From contig OZ245020.1 of assembly GCA_965223865.1 (NCBI GenBank), positions 704,001 to 768,000 on the forward strand: a stretch of 64,000 nt of DNA. Reading direction: 5' to 3'. The notes below the pieces were generated by a model. It saw nothing but the letters and a program-made list of their open reading frames with translations, was not told the DNA's origin and searched no databases. Positions 21,733 to 33,200 of this stretch are shown piece by piece; the first letter of the stretch is position 1; every line of letters starts with the position of its first letter. The position numbers and the translations under genes were made by a program. Source of the stretch: Nitrosarchaeum sp. (GTDB lineage Archaea; Thermoproteota; Nitrososphaeria; Nitrososphaerales; Nitrosopumilaceae).

Positions 21733-23014
21733 AACACTTTTTCACTACATTTAGTGTGTCTTTTACAATTTTTTCACATTTTGCTAAATCATTAGATTCT
21801 CCAGAAACTCTGATGATATCTTCGGTGTTTGATTTTCTGATCAAAACCCAGCTATCTTCATCTATTATTCCTTTTACGCCATCTTGCGTAATTACTTCCG
21901 AAAAATCTTTTGAAAATTTTTTAGATATTTTATCAATTATCGTATCGTGATAGTTTGCATCCACTTCAATTTTATCTCTAATTTGCGTATAACTTTCCAT
22001 GAAATTTAATATCTCATCAAATTTAGGATTACTCAACATTGACGCAATTAGGCCACTGGTAAGAATGCCTTCTCTACAATAATTAAATTCCGGTAAAATA
22101 AAACCCCCACTACTTCCTTCTCCCCCAGCTTGGGAGTTTGTCTTTAACATCAAATCAATTACATTTGCTTCTCCAACTTTGGATCTTTCTACCATCCCTC
22201 CCTTTTCTTTGATGAATTTCTCTACTGAAACACTAGTGTCTATGCTTAAAACAAATTTCTTGTATCCAAGTTCAAGCGACTTTGCTACTCCCAATCCCAA
22301 TGTTACATCAGGAGTCTGTTTTTTTCCATTTCTTACAACTACTAATCTATCACTGTCGAGGTCAAAAGCAAATCCAATGTCTTTGTCTTGTGATGCTAAA
22401 ATAAGATCAGATAAACTCTCTGCTGTTGGATCTGGTCCTCTAGTTGTTGTACTCAAATCTTCATTAATAACGCTGACTTTACATCCTAGCTGTCTTAACA
22501 AGTCTGGTGCCACCTTTTTTGCTGCTCCTCCTCCAATATCTACAGCAATTTCAGGCTCGCTACTGATCTCTCCTATCAATTTTTTTGCCTCCTCTATGTA
22601 TGAAGATGTAATTTGTGTTTCTGCTCCAATCTCAGATTTTGGCAAATCTTGTTTTTCTAAAATTTGTGGTAATTCACGTTCATTAATTCCTCTTCCTTCA
22701 ACTATGAATTTTAGGCCATTCCACTCAACTGGATTATGAGATGATGAAATTATTACCCCTGCTCCATATTTTCTTGCCTCACGAAATACCACAGGAGTTG
22801 GTACCGTGCCTAGATCAAATACATCAATCCCATTTTTCAGTAATGCAGCTGACGCAACCTCCTTGATCATTTGACCTGAAGGCCTTGTATCCATTCCAAT
22901 AACACATTTCTTTGATTTTACTAGCGATGAAAAATTATTACAAAAATAAATTGCATCTTTTAAGTTAAAATCTTGACCAAATATACCTCTGATACCCGAA
23001 ATGGTTTTCTTCAT
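21716..23014 (-). CDS. Phosphomannomutase/phosphoglucomutase family protein
   Basis: SGIRG, SSHNP phosphoserine loop, DLDSDR, GGEGSSGG, RKSNTE. Confidence 0.92.
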   Translation of the reverse strand: MKKTISGIRGIFGQDFNLKDAIYFCNNFSSLVKSKKCVIGMDTRPSGQMIKEVASAALLKNGIDVFDLGTVPTPVVFREARKYGAGVIISSSHNPVEWNGLKFIVEGRGINERELPQILEKQDLPKSEIGAETQITSSYIEEAKKLIGEISSEPEIAVDIGGGAAKKVAPDLLRQLGCKVSVINEDLSTTTRGPDPTAESLSDLILASQDKDIGFAFDLDSDRLVVVRNGKKQTPDVTLGLGVAKSLELGYKKFVLSIDTSVSVEKFIKEKGGMVERSKVGEANVIDLMLKTNSQAGGEGSSGGFILPEFNYCREGILTSGLIASMLSNPKFDEILNFMESYTQIRDKIEVDANYHDTIIDKISKKFSKDFSEVITQDGVKGIIDEDSWVLIRKSNTEDIIRVSGESNDLAKCEKIVKDTLNVVKKCYEEVR

Positions 23015-23068
23015 TTGATCAAAAATGGAAAAGGCTTTTTATTAACTCTAATGGCTCAACCAAAAAGT

Positions 23069-23142
23069 GCCTCGATAGCTCAGCCTGGTAGAGCGAACGC
23101 CTCGTAAGCGTTAGGTCGCGGGTTCAGATCCCGTTCGAGGCT
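23069..23142 (+). tRNA. trnT: tRNA-Thr(CGT), probable integration site
   Basis: GCCTCGA..TCGAGGC acceptor stem, AACGC-CTCGTAA-GCGTT anticodon arm, GGTTCAGATCC T-arm. Confidence 0.93.
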
Positions 23143-23182
23143 TTTAACGCTAGCGTTAAGAACCCTAACTGCCTATATTGTA

Positions 23183-23854
23183 TTGAAAGAAGATTTGATA
23201 AAAGAAAAAATAATTTCTACTAAAAGAAAGAATGAAACGTTTGTAGTGCATCCCTATGATTCGATAATAAAACAAACTCATGATTTGATTAAAAAACAAC
23301 TATCAAAAGAAAATGCATCTATGATTCAAAAATATGATCAGTACATGATGAATCATTCTTTGTCAAAACCTACTCGTATGGGTCATCTCAAAGTTACACT
23401 AAATCTTTCTAGAATGTTACGAAAAAATTGGATAGATGCAACTAAAGATGACATTGATGAACTAGTCTATAAAATTGTCAGCACGTATGGTGACAACAAG
23501 GGTCAGGAAACAAACACTAGTTATGATCACAAAAAAGTTCTAAAGATGTTTTTTAGATGGGTAAAGCTTGGTTCTCGGAATTTCAAAGAAGTAGGAGATC
23601 CTCCAGAAACAAAAAGCGTTCATCCACGCCCAATCAAGAATAATCTAATACGGGAAGATATGATTACCAGTCAAGATTATAGACAACTACTTGTTGCAGC
23701 TGAGAACAACCCTAGAGTAAAGGCATTAATTGCAACACATTTTGAAGCAGGAACAAGACCTGGTAGAGTAACTGCAAGAATTCCAACAGATCTTCAACAA
23801 GGACAATATGAAGTTGAAATTAGGAAACCTAGAAGCGTTCATCCGCGATTCTAA
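23183..23854 (+). pseudogene. Truncated tyrosine recombinase/integrase
   Basis: Helical core-binding region (LKMFFRWV), then the first catalytic Arg box (FEAGTRPG); ends without HxxR or the catalytic Tyr. Confidence 0.8.
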
Positions 23855-24122
23855 TCTCTTGCACTAAAGATAATTTAGAACCCATCAATAGAAAAAGAAC
23901 AAACTAGGAAAATAACAATCCGCAATTATGAAAGATTTTTCTGAATTAGGTCATGCAACTCAAAAAAACAATTTCCATGTATGTGAATTACTGAGAATTA
24001 TGTCATAGAAAATTGCAATGTTAACATATTTGTAAATTCTCTCAACATAACATGTATTAGAAACTATGCTTGATCTCCTTGTTTGCAGAAGATTCAAAAA
24101 TAGTTTTGTCTGCAATGTCATT

Positions 24123-24488
24123 ATGACAAAGCAGAAGACTAAGACAGACCCAATTGCTAGCGATATTAAGAAAATTAAACAAACACTTAATGTTCTTTCT
24201 CGCAGAGTATCACGGCTGGAAAACAATGTAAAAACCAGGAACAAGCGTAGAGACAGCAGCACTTTAGCAACCGAAGCAATTCTGGTAAATGCCTTGTACA
24301 GCGATATGATGTATGATGCAGCAAGAAAACAACGTGAGATTGTGAAGAATAAACAAAGGGAAAGAGATATTCAGAAAAACCGTAATCTAAAAATGCTACG
24401 TGAAGTAGAAAAGATGAAAAAAGATCTTTCTACCCAAGACTATGAGAAGCTTAAGAAATTTTTCAGTTCAAAACAATCTAAAAAATAA
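24123..24488 (+). CDS. Basic coiled-coil hypothetical protein
   Basis: Open ORF with heptad pattern IKKIKQTLNVLSRRVSRLE. Confidence 0.55.
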   Translation: MTKQKTKTDPIASDIKKIKQTLNVLSRRVSRLENNVKTRNKRRDSSTLATEAILVNALYSDMMYDAARKQREIVKNKQRERDIQKNRNLKMLREVEKMKKDLSTQDYEKLKKFFSSKQSKK

Positions 24489-24726
24489 ATTACTCTAAAA
24501 ACACGCATCAAAATACATTGATTTGTCTTAAAATATAATCCAGAAATTTGTTGATGTTTCCATATGTATTGTAATAGAATTTCAACCGTTACATTTACTT
24601 TCACAAAAATGGAATATATCGCATGTATGGAAAACATATGATAAAAGATGAACTTGTATATTTGACCCGTCTATGATCTACAAATACCCTTTTATCTCAG
24701 AAAAAGACAGTGTAAACATGTTGTAG

Positions 24727-25518
24727 ATGTCATATACTATACAAATCCAAAAGACTGTTTGTTTTTGTCGTAAACCAACACTTCTTACCATCCCACCAGA
24801 AAACGAAATCATCTGCAAGAACTGTGGTGTAACATTTGGATTCGATGAATATTACGATACAGAAAACACAATTCCATTTTATCAAATCTCAAAATCAAAT
24901 CTAAATATCTCACAATCAAGACAAACCGGCTCCAATCCATATGATGTCAAAGGATTCACTCAAATCAAAAATCTAAGAATCGAAAATAACAATTCTGCTG
25001 ATATTGCATCAATTGCAGATATTTGTAACAAACTAAAACTACCAAATACCATATCTGAAGAATGCTGGCAGTTATACAATTCAACAAGAAAAAAGAATCA
25101 CAGGTTCACTCGAGCCAAATCCATCTGCATGGCAATCTACCAGACATGTCAAAATCACAAGATTCCATATGATGAAAAATCAGTTCAAAACATTGTATGC
25201 CAAAGCTTGGGAGTCAAGAACGCACCAAAGTTCAAAAGTGTAATCTTTAAGGTTCGTAATCATCAATCAAACTCTAAAAAATATGCCTCTAAAAGAGAAT
25301 TTTATCTAAATCAGCACATATCCCAGGCACAAAACAGGCACAAACTGCAAGATATTACGACACTACAACAACTCTCCATACAATACTATGAGAATTTTGC
25401 ATCAATCTTCCGCTTAAATAATAATGGCAATTCTATGTTGATGAGCAATCAGGCAGATCATAACACTCTGGCCAAAAGAGCCGTGAGTCTGGCCATTTTG
25501 AGGTGTTGTGTCAATTGA
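24727..25518 (+). CDS. Divergent TFB (TFIIB)-like protein
   Basis: N-terminal Zn ribbon (CFC...CKNCG) and a cyclin-like repeat (IADICNKLKLP...AIYQTC). Confidence 0.7.
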   Translation: MSYTIQIQKTVCFCRKPTLLTIPPENEIICKNCGVTFGFDEYYDTENTIPFYQISKSNLNISQSRQTGSNPYDVKGFTQIKNLRIENNNSADIASIADICNKLKLPNTISEECWQLYNSTRKKNHRFTRAKSICMAIYQTCQNHKIPYDEKSVQNIVCQSLGVKNAPKFKSVIFKVRNHQSNSKKYASKREFYLNQHISQAQNRHKLQDITTLQQLSIQYYENFASIFRLNNNGNSMLMSNQADHNTLAKRAVSLAILRCCVN

Positions 25519-26729
25519 GCATCATAGAACAAACGACAATGGTCAAGATATCTGATATTCTTTCACCACCAGTAAACGTTGGCATATCAACTAATTCAAA
25601 CATTGAAAAGTTTGCACAAATTGCAAAAGAGAATCCAAAATCATTGCCAACCATAAAACTTGGAAGAACACAAAACGGTAAACTGCATGCAATTAATCAT
25701 CATGATGTCATACTGGGATGCAAGCGTGCAGGACCAAACACGATAACTGAGATCCCCGCAACTATAACAGATGATTTTGTTGGTTTAACAGATATCTTGA
25801 TTGCACACTTTAAAGAAATAACAAACAATGAGACATTCAATACAATATCAATCTATGATACGATTGATTACTTGGAAGAAAAATTACAAAAAAACAAAAA
25901 AGAGATTCTAAAATTATTATGGCTCAATGACACTCCATATGAGAAATTAATTTTATCTAAACTAGATAATTTTATCTCTGTAAAATCAATTGAGAAGCTG
26001 CAAAATATCGTAAACCAATTATCCGAAAGAAAACTAACTCCAACTCAAATTATTGTTCCACCATATGTCTTGTCGAAAATTTCTATATTACAAGATGAGA
26101 ATCAACAGCTGTTACTAATTTCAGAAATTCAAGCTGATCTAGAATCAATGACTGATGGCAAATTCGCATGGACCACACCTGAACAAATTGACACCATGAT
26201 AAAATACAACAAACAAGACGCATCTCATGAAGAAAACAATAGAGAAGAATCAGAAATTGCAACAATGACAAAAATCAAAGATGTTGGAAAAAAACAACCA
26301 AAAACAAAGAAAGATAAAAATTCAAAACAAAATGATTCTTCAGAACTTGATGATGATGAAGAAACAATACTAATTCAAAAATCCATTCCAAACATGATCA
26401 TTATTCCAAACGAGAAAACTGGGAAACCTAGTATGTTGGTAAACAAGAGAACCGGCGCAGTATCCAAAATTGAGAAATCCGACCGTAAAGACATCATAAA
26501 GACCACCAGTGTAGGCACAAAATCCTTGTATTCTGTGCCTATTGAGGTGACATCTCACCTGAATTTTGATAGTAATGATGATGGTGAGATTAATGACAAC
26601 GATACAGAACTTAATTTCAAAATCAGATACAGAAACTTTGACTCTGTTTTGGATTTGGAGAAATTTCTCAAGATGTTTCCAAAAGACAAACCAGTGATAA
26701 AATTGTCACTGTTTTGGAATGCTGCATGA
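25503..26729 (+). CDS. Protein with degenerate N-terminal ParB/Srx-like domain
   Basis: LPTIKL...LHAINHHDVILGCKRAG...IPATI matches the ParB layout but lacks DGxxR. Start may be 25515 or 25539. Confidence 0.55.
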   Translation: MLCQLSIIEQTTMVKISDILSPPVNVGISTNSNIEKFAQIAKENPKSLPTIKLGRTQNGKLHAINHHDVILGCKRAGPNTITEIPATITDDFVGLTDILIAHFKEITNNETFNTISIYDTIDYLEEKLQKNKKEILKLLWLNDTPYEKLILSKLDNFISVKSIEKLQNIVNQLSERKLTPTQIIVPPYVLSKISILQDENQQLLLISEIQADLESMTDGKFAWTTPEQIDTMIKYNKQDASHEENNREESEIATMTKIKDVGKKQPKTKKDKNSKQNDSSELDDDEETILIQKSIPNMIIIPNEKTGKPSMLVNKRTGAVSKIEKSDRKDIIKTTSVGTKSLYSVPIEVTSHLNFDSNDDGEINDNDTELNFKIRYRNFDSVLDLEKFLKMFPKDKPVIKLSLFWNAA

Positions 26730-27471
26730 TCTGATAACAATGAACAACTATCATTATCATAACAATAAAAATAACAATAATGGTAGCTGCTATTCAACCG
26801 AAAGAACAATAGAAAATCTGCTTTTTTATAGAAAAAGAATCCACAAAAACTCTACAAGCAGCAATATATTACAATTGTTGTATCCCGACAAAAGTCATAC
26901 AATAAAACAGATAGCATCACAGCTTGACAACAACAATAAATCATATCACTACACAAAAAAGATCATACTAACACTACACTCTAATGGTTATTTGGATGAT
27001 GATTCAAAATCATATGGTAAGTCATACCACCTCTCACAAGTTGGACGATGGTTTGCAATATGTGTTCAGCTTGACAACATTTCGTTTCAGTCCTTGTGCA
27101 TTTTAGCTGAGGCCTACACAAAGATAAAGAGACATCCACGAAGATACTATCTAATATCGAAATTCAGAAATTATTTTGATGAGTCATATGACAAGGAGAG
27201 AAACTGCGCAAGTGCAATCTATAGCTCATCAAATATTCTAAAGTCAATCAAACAACTTGAAGAAAGAAACTTGGCATACTGGACATTTAGAGGAATCTTA
27301 AAGATAAATTCTAAAACTTTTGAGATGTTGTGCAAAAAATATGATGAGGAACTAGAGTCACTGGCTATTTGGAACAACAAGATATTTGATAAATGCAAAG
27401 ATCATTACATTAACAATTTTTCACTAGAAAAAAAGAGACCTGTAATTAGACTAACAGCTGTAGGCAAATAA
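26719..27471 (+). CDS. Winged-helix DNA-binding protein
   Basis: ILQLL..HTIKQIASQL..LHSNGYL..YHLSQVG wHTH pattern; a second wHTH-like segment follows. Confidence 0.6.
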   Translation: MLHDLITMNNYHYHNNKNNNNGSCYSTERTIENLLFYRKRIHKNSTSSNILQLLYPDKSHTIKQIASQLDNNNKSYHYTKKIILTLHSNGYLDDDSKSYGKSYHLSQVGRWFAICVQLDNISFQSLCILAEAYTKIKRHPRRYYLISKFRNYFDESYDKERNCASAIYSSSNILKSIKQLEERNLAYWTFRGILKINSKTFEMLCKKYDEELESLAIWNNKIFDKCKDHYINNFSLEKKRPVIRLTAVGK

Positions 27472-27561
27472 TATCGAAAGGCCCAACTTCATTCCATTTT
27501 TTTTCGGAATGAGTTTGGTCCTTCTTTTGATTTGGTTTTATGATATCTATGATATGAAATA

Positions 27562-28052
27562 GTGGAATTTGACATTACGTTTATCAGAATCATTCTATTG
27601 TTATTGATGTTAGGCATCGCATCATACTTTGATATCAAGACAAGAACTATTCCAGATGTGCTATGGTTGTTTTTTGGTGGATTAGGCACGATTTTGTATG
27701 TTTTTGACTACCAAACTGTGACTTCTTACTATGTTATAGCCATGATTGTGGGCGATTTGCGTCATTTATGATGTGGAGATGGAGGCTGGCTGGAATCGCC
27801 GACATATTAGCAATATTGGCAATGACTGTGATTTTACCTGTTCATTATGAGTTTGTTATGATGCCAATTGCAGTGCTGATTGGTAGTTTTATCATCGCAG
27901 GATTAGTTACTGTAATTCATTACGCTTTATTCCGACTTTGGCATCGCACACCATTATCACAAAATCAGCCCAAACCGCAACCATTTGTAGTGTATCTGTT
28001 CGGGTTTACGATTTTTTTACTATTTCCTGAAGTTCCGGTTATGTTTGCATAA
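27562..28052 (+). pseudogene. A24 prepilin/preflagellin peptidase split by a 1-nt frameshift
   Basis: ASYFDIKTRTIPD first Asp motif in ORF1, AGIAD second Asp motif in ORF2; frames join at about 27754. Confidence 0.75.
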
Positions 28053-28132
28053 TACCCTTGTATCATTTTTAAAAAAATTCAATTCTGGCAAGTCTAATCA
28101 ATAAATCTTAAATATAAAACCATCTCACTTGT

Positions 28133-29659
28133 TTGCAAATGAAGTATTATTCTGGTTTGTTGTCTTTTTCTGCAATTATTATGATGATTGGCATGACTGC
28201 ATCTTTTGCTTTCCCTGCTGCGTTTGCAGGAGGCGTTGATTCTCCACTCAAGCAGTTTGTTATGGGAACTGCAGCTGAAGATGTAATATGCAAAAATAAC
28301 TTTCAACTCATGATTCGCTCTTCAGGTGATCCTGCTTGTGTAAAACCAGAATCTGCAACAAAGCTTGCTGATACAGGATGGGGAACCATAGTCGAATCTA
28401 TGAAAAAGATGATGGATGAAGATAAACATCAAGACAGAGACATGATGATGAAACAAGAACAAACAATGGATCGTGATATGACTCACAAACAAAAAGATGG
28501 CATGATGATGAACAAGATAGGAAACATTGATGTCTCAATGTCCCCACCGATTGAAGGTTCTGAAGATGCTTCAGTAACTATAATTGAATTTGGTGATTTC
28601 CAATGTCCAAAGTGTGACCGGTGGTTCCAAAATGAGAAGCCCACCATAAAACAAGATTACATTGACACTGGAAAGGCAAATCTTTACTTTGTTGATTTTC
28701 CATTTTTAGGTGATGACTCTATAACTGCTGCAAATGCATCGTACTGTGCAGATGAACAAGGAAAATACTGGGAGTATCACAGTACATTATACAACAATCA
28801 AGGAGGAATAAATGAAGGATGGGCCTCATCTGCTGCACTCAAAGCATTTGCAATTTCAGTTGGACTAAACCAAAACGAGTTTACTGATTGTTTAGACTCT
28901 GCAAAACATGCAGATAGGATATCTTACAACAAACAAGTTGGCCTAGATCACAATGTAGAAGGAACACCCGTATTTTTCATAGTAGATTCTAATGGAAACT
29001 CAGAGAGAATCGATGGACCACAGCCAGCTGCAATATTTGCAGGTGTGATTGATTCAATGCTTGAGAATACATCATCTTCTATACCAACACCAACATCTGG
29101 AGATACTGCAACACAGATTGGCGGAATTGACATATCCATGGCAGCACCCATTGAAGGCTCACCTGATGCACCATTTACAATAATAGAATTTGGTGACTTT
29201 CAGTGCCCAAAGTGTGACCAGTGGTTCCAAAATGAGAAACCTGATATCGTCAATGATCTGATTTTGACAGATACGGCCAAACTGTACTTTCTTGACTTTA
29301 CTTTTCTAGGTGACGATTCCATAACTGCAGCAAATGCATCATATTGTGCAGACGAACAAGGAAAGTACTGGGAGTATCACTCTCATTTGTACAACAACCA
29401 GGGTGGAATAAACGAGGGTTGGGCAAGTGCAGATAATCTCAAGCAGTTTGCAGCAGATATTGGATTAGATACTGCAGCATTCAATGAATGTCTTGATTCA
29501 GAAAAATACAATGACAGAATAGCACACAACAAGCAAGTTGGCGCATCTCATGGAGTTGAAGGAACGCCAACATTTTTTATTGTAAGTGAAGATGGTACAA
29601 TGGTGGAACGAATTGATGGACCACAACCTGCATCCATATTCATGGACCTGGTAGGCTAA
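28133..29659 (+). CDS. Secreted tandem DsbA-family oxidoreductase with Met-rich linker
   Basis: Signal peptide, SPLKQ..C..CVKP domain, two EFGDFQCPKC...GTP thioredoxin domains. Confidence 0.9.
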   Translation: MQMKYYSGLLSFSAIIMMIGMTASFAFPAAFAGGVDSPLKQFVMGTAAEDVICKNNFQLMIRSSGDPACVKPESATKLADTGWGTIVESMKKMMDEDKHQDRDMMMKQEQTMDRDMTHKQKDGMMMNKIGNIDVSMSPPIEGSEDASVTIIEFGDFQCPKCDRWFQNEKPTIKQDYIDTGKANLYFVDFPFLGDDSITAANASYCADEQGKYWEYHSTLYNNQGGINEGWASSAALKAFAISVGLNQNEFTDCLDSAKHADRISYNKQVGLDHNVEGTPVFFIVDSNGNSERIDGPQPAAIFAGVIDSMLENTSSSIPTPTSGDTATQIGGIDISMAAPIEGSPDAPFTIIEFGDFQCPKCDQWFQNEKPDIVNDLILTDTAKLYFLDFTFLGDDSITAANASYCADEQGKYWEYHSHLYNNQGGINEGWASADNLKQFAADIGLDTAAFNECLDSEKYNDRIAHNKQVGASHGVEGTPTFFIVSEDGTMVERIDGPQPASIFMDLVG

Positions 29660-29665
29660 AAAAAG

Positions 29666-30181
29666 TTGCACAAGCTGGCACTACAACTAGTCTTTTCAAA
29701 TAAACTGTACACAATATTATCATCTGCAATATTTGTTGGGATGCTCATTCCCTTATCATACATTGCAGAATATCTGTTCTTCAAACCATACTTTGTCTTA
29801 CATGTGGCAGACTATAATGCTCTGGGATTCTTGCTGATAGTTGCAGTATCTGCATTGACTGGACTTGTGATCAGTATGGCCATATACAGAATCAGGATTC
29901 TAAAGTCAAGCAAGAAAAAGATGGGTTCAGGCTTTATTGGTTCGATAATTGGTGCAAGTGCAGGAGCATGCAGTTGTGGTTCCATTGGATTTGCAGTAAT
30001 CTCGGTGTTTGGTGCAATAGGAGGAACAGCTACTGCATTTTTGGCAAACTATGAAATTCCATTGCGTTTGTTATCAATTGCAATATTGGTTGCAACGTAC
30101 TTTTACATGGTAAAGGGACTGACTGCAGAATGCAAGATTGATTTTCAGAAGAATATCAATGAGAAACAATCATCATCATGA
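29666..30181 (+). CDS. Four-TM membrane protein with ACSCG motif
   Basis: Hydrophobic helices; starts 6 nt after dsbA. Confidence 0.7.
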   Translation: MHKLALQLVFSNKLYTILSSAIFVGMLIPLSYIAEYLFFKPYFVLHVADYNALGFLLIVAVSALTGLVISMAIYRIRILKSSKKKMGSGFIGSIIGASAGACSCGSIGFAVISVFGAIGGTATAFLANYEIPLRLLSIAILVATYFYMVKGLTAECKIDFQKNINEKQSSS

Positions 30182-30298
30182 TTTTGTTGTTTAGCCAGTA
30201 TATAAAACAACATAATTATTGTTTTTAGGAATATCAATCCAAAACATTTCTGGATTATCTTGTTTTATCAAAATCTTTGATATGGGTTTTGAGTCATT

Positions 30299-33200
30299 TT
30301 GGGAACAAAATACTGGAGCCTATCAAACATTCAAAAACAGAGAGGACAGATGGACAAAACTTGGGAATTTCTTGGAATTTTAGATAAATCAACAATCTCG
30401 TGCTGTATGGTTATAGTTCCAATAACAACGGATGTGAAACAGGCCATACTTGCAGCATCAAACATTTCAGGACAGTCATCCAAAAACCCATACAACAATC
30501 CAATCCGCTCCTTTGAGGTTTGGTGGGACAAATCACAAAAACAACTGCAGATAGTACTGTGTTCGCATACAAGAGAAGATCTAGAAAAATTCAAGATGTC
30601 ATTTAATGTAATGTATCCCAATACATCATTTGTAAATTTGAATAGAATAACACCAAAGTGGTATCATCCTACCAAGATACAATACCAAACATTTGATGTT
30701 TCTACATATCATGGCCATTATTCTACTGCTCTTGATAAAACAAATTCTCATCATATCATAACTAGAATTGCAAATACGATACAACTATCTGACAAAGCCT
30801 GGATACAGTTTGTATTTGCACCATACAACTTTACACCATATCTCAAGTTACATCTAAGCAGACTAAATCAAAAGATCAAGACAGTAACTACTAAAAAATA
30901 CAGAACATGGATTGAAGAACTACAAAACAAAAAACCATATGAGAATCCTGAAAACGGTTTGGACTTTTACAATCATTACAAGGAATTGCAATCGAACACA
31001 TCACAAAAGATGCAAGACTCTCACGTCATGATGAGCATAAGAGGATTGGTACAATCAGAAAACAACAACAATTTACCAGAATCAATCTCATCATTTGAAG
31101 ATATAAAATCAAACCATGATCATCTTACCACATACAACTATAACTATTCTAAATTTTACAACATCAAATCAAATAGAGCTGGTTGTCCAATCAGGATAAA
31201 CAACACAAAGAAGAGATTTCAGAGAATCTCCATATTTGAATTAAGATTGCTGCCATCTCCTAGAAAATATCTAGAAAGAGCAATCAAGGACTATTTTGAG
31301 CAGTCCATAATTTTTGGAGAGTACAAAACAAGAAAACCTCTTCCATTTTTGATTTTAAATCCATCAGAATTATCATTATTCATTCACCTACCAAATCCTA
31401 CCATCACTAAAAATCTTCAAATCACAAGAAATGTATCACTACCATCAAAACAGACTAGTAAAATTGGTCTCAATATTGGATATTTCAACAAGATTGAGGC
31501 TAAAAATCAGGAAATTTACGGTGATTTGGTCAAATCAACTGATAATGACTGTGCAGTAATCTCTCCTGAAGATTTCTCTAGACACATCTATTGTGTTGGA
31601 GGAACAGGTGCAGGAAAAACTACTCTGATCAGACAAATTGCAAAACATCTAGAGATTTCAAATCTAAATGAAACATTTCACAATTCATTCATTTATCTAG
31701 ATCCTAAGGGAGATGATTCACTAAAGTTCATACAACAATGCAATGAAGAATCAATTCAAAACAATAATGTACATTTTCTAGATCCAATTGAGACAAACTT
31801 TTCAATTAATCCATTAGAGTTACCAAAGTACAAACCAGATGAAAGGCAACAAGTTGTTTCTAGATATGTAGGATATTTTATGGAAATTCTAAAAGAATGG
31901 TACAACCAACAACAAAGCTTTGTCCAGATGGAGAGAATATTCCGCGTTTTATTGTTTTACATGTATCTGAATAATGATGCACCAACATTTTTGGACATGT
32001 ACGATATCATCATACATCTACAAGAAGAACAAGAGAAATTCCTGCAGATAATGTTCAAAGCTTTGGGAATGCCAGGTGATGAGCTAAAGCAAGCCTTGAC
32101 ATCAATTGCCACACTCAGACCCGAATCATTCACACCATTGCTAAACAGAGTAGAACAGTTTGCAACAGATCCTATTTTAAAAAAAGTGTTCTGTGTAAGA
32201 CATGGTACCGTCAAATTTGAAGATCTGATAAAACCTGGACAATATACTATAGTTAGAATATCCTCTCTACATATACCACACCATGTGCAACCGTTGGCAA
32301 TACAGGCTTTTGTGATAAAATTATGGTTCACAATTCAAGAGAGAGATGCAAGAATTGAAAATGAAAAAGACAGAAATTATGTGATATTAGCTTTAGATGA
32401 ATTTCAAATTGTAAAAGACTTGCAAGTATTACCGATGATTCTATCACAAGCTAGATCCTATCATCTTGGTTTGTTATTGGCACATCAAACCACAGCTCAA
32501 ATATCTGAATCTTTGCTGGAAGAAATTACTGGTAACTGTGGCACTCAACTAGCTGGAAGAATCTCAGGAAAAGATGCCTCCAAACTGGCAAATATTTGGG
32601 ATCCTAAATTCTCAAAGGAGATTCAGCAGCAGTTAGCCTCCCAAGAAGACTTTCACTGGACCATAAAGATGAGGGCATCTGCAGGCCAAGAACAGCCAAC
32701 TCCACTACAGTTCTGGCTACACAACCCTCCAGAATTGAGGCTAAAAGATGAGAAATTAAGAGAATTTATCATAAATCAATACAATCTGTACGGATATGGT
32801 AAGATAGAAGAAAATAATGATACTTTTGAGCCTCTTTTACAAAAACAGCAACTACGAAAAAACAAGTGGTTACGATATATCACAGTTGACTTGCCAGAAT
32901 CAAAACAACACTGGCAAATCATGCTGATGTTATACAATGAAAAATCATTACAACTAACTGAAATAACTGAAAAGTTGGGAGCCAAAACTCGAGATGATGT
33001 TGTATTAATTCTAAAAAAGATGGTAAAAGACAGTCTATTGAAAGCTGACAATTCTACTAGAAACACAAAATATTCCTTATCTAAAAAAACAATCAAGAAT
33101 TACTTTACATTTGATCCTAAACTGATTGGAACAGCAGAAGATATTCCTCAACTAACAGAAAAGACAGTAAAATCATATCTTGACATGGGACTATTTGTCA

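Noticed and set aside
2733-22739. Many antisense or out-of-frame ORFs of 60-190 aa inside core genes
   Set aside because: Shadow ORFs of well-supported genes with no motifs
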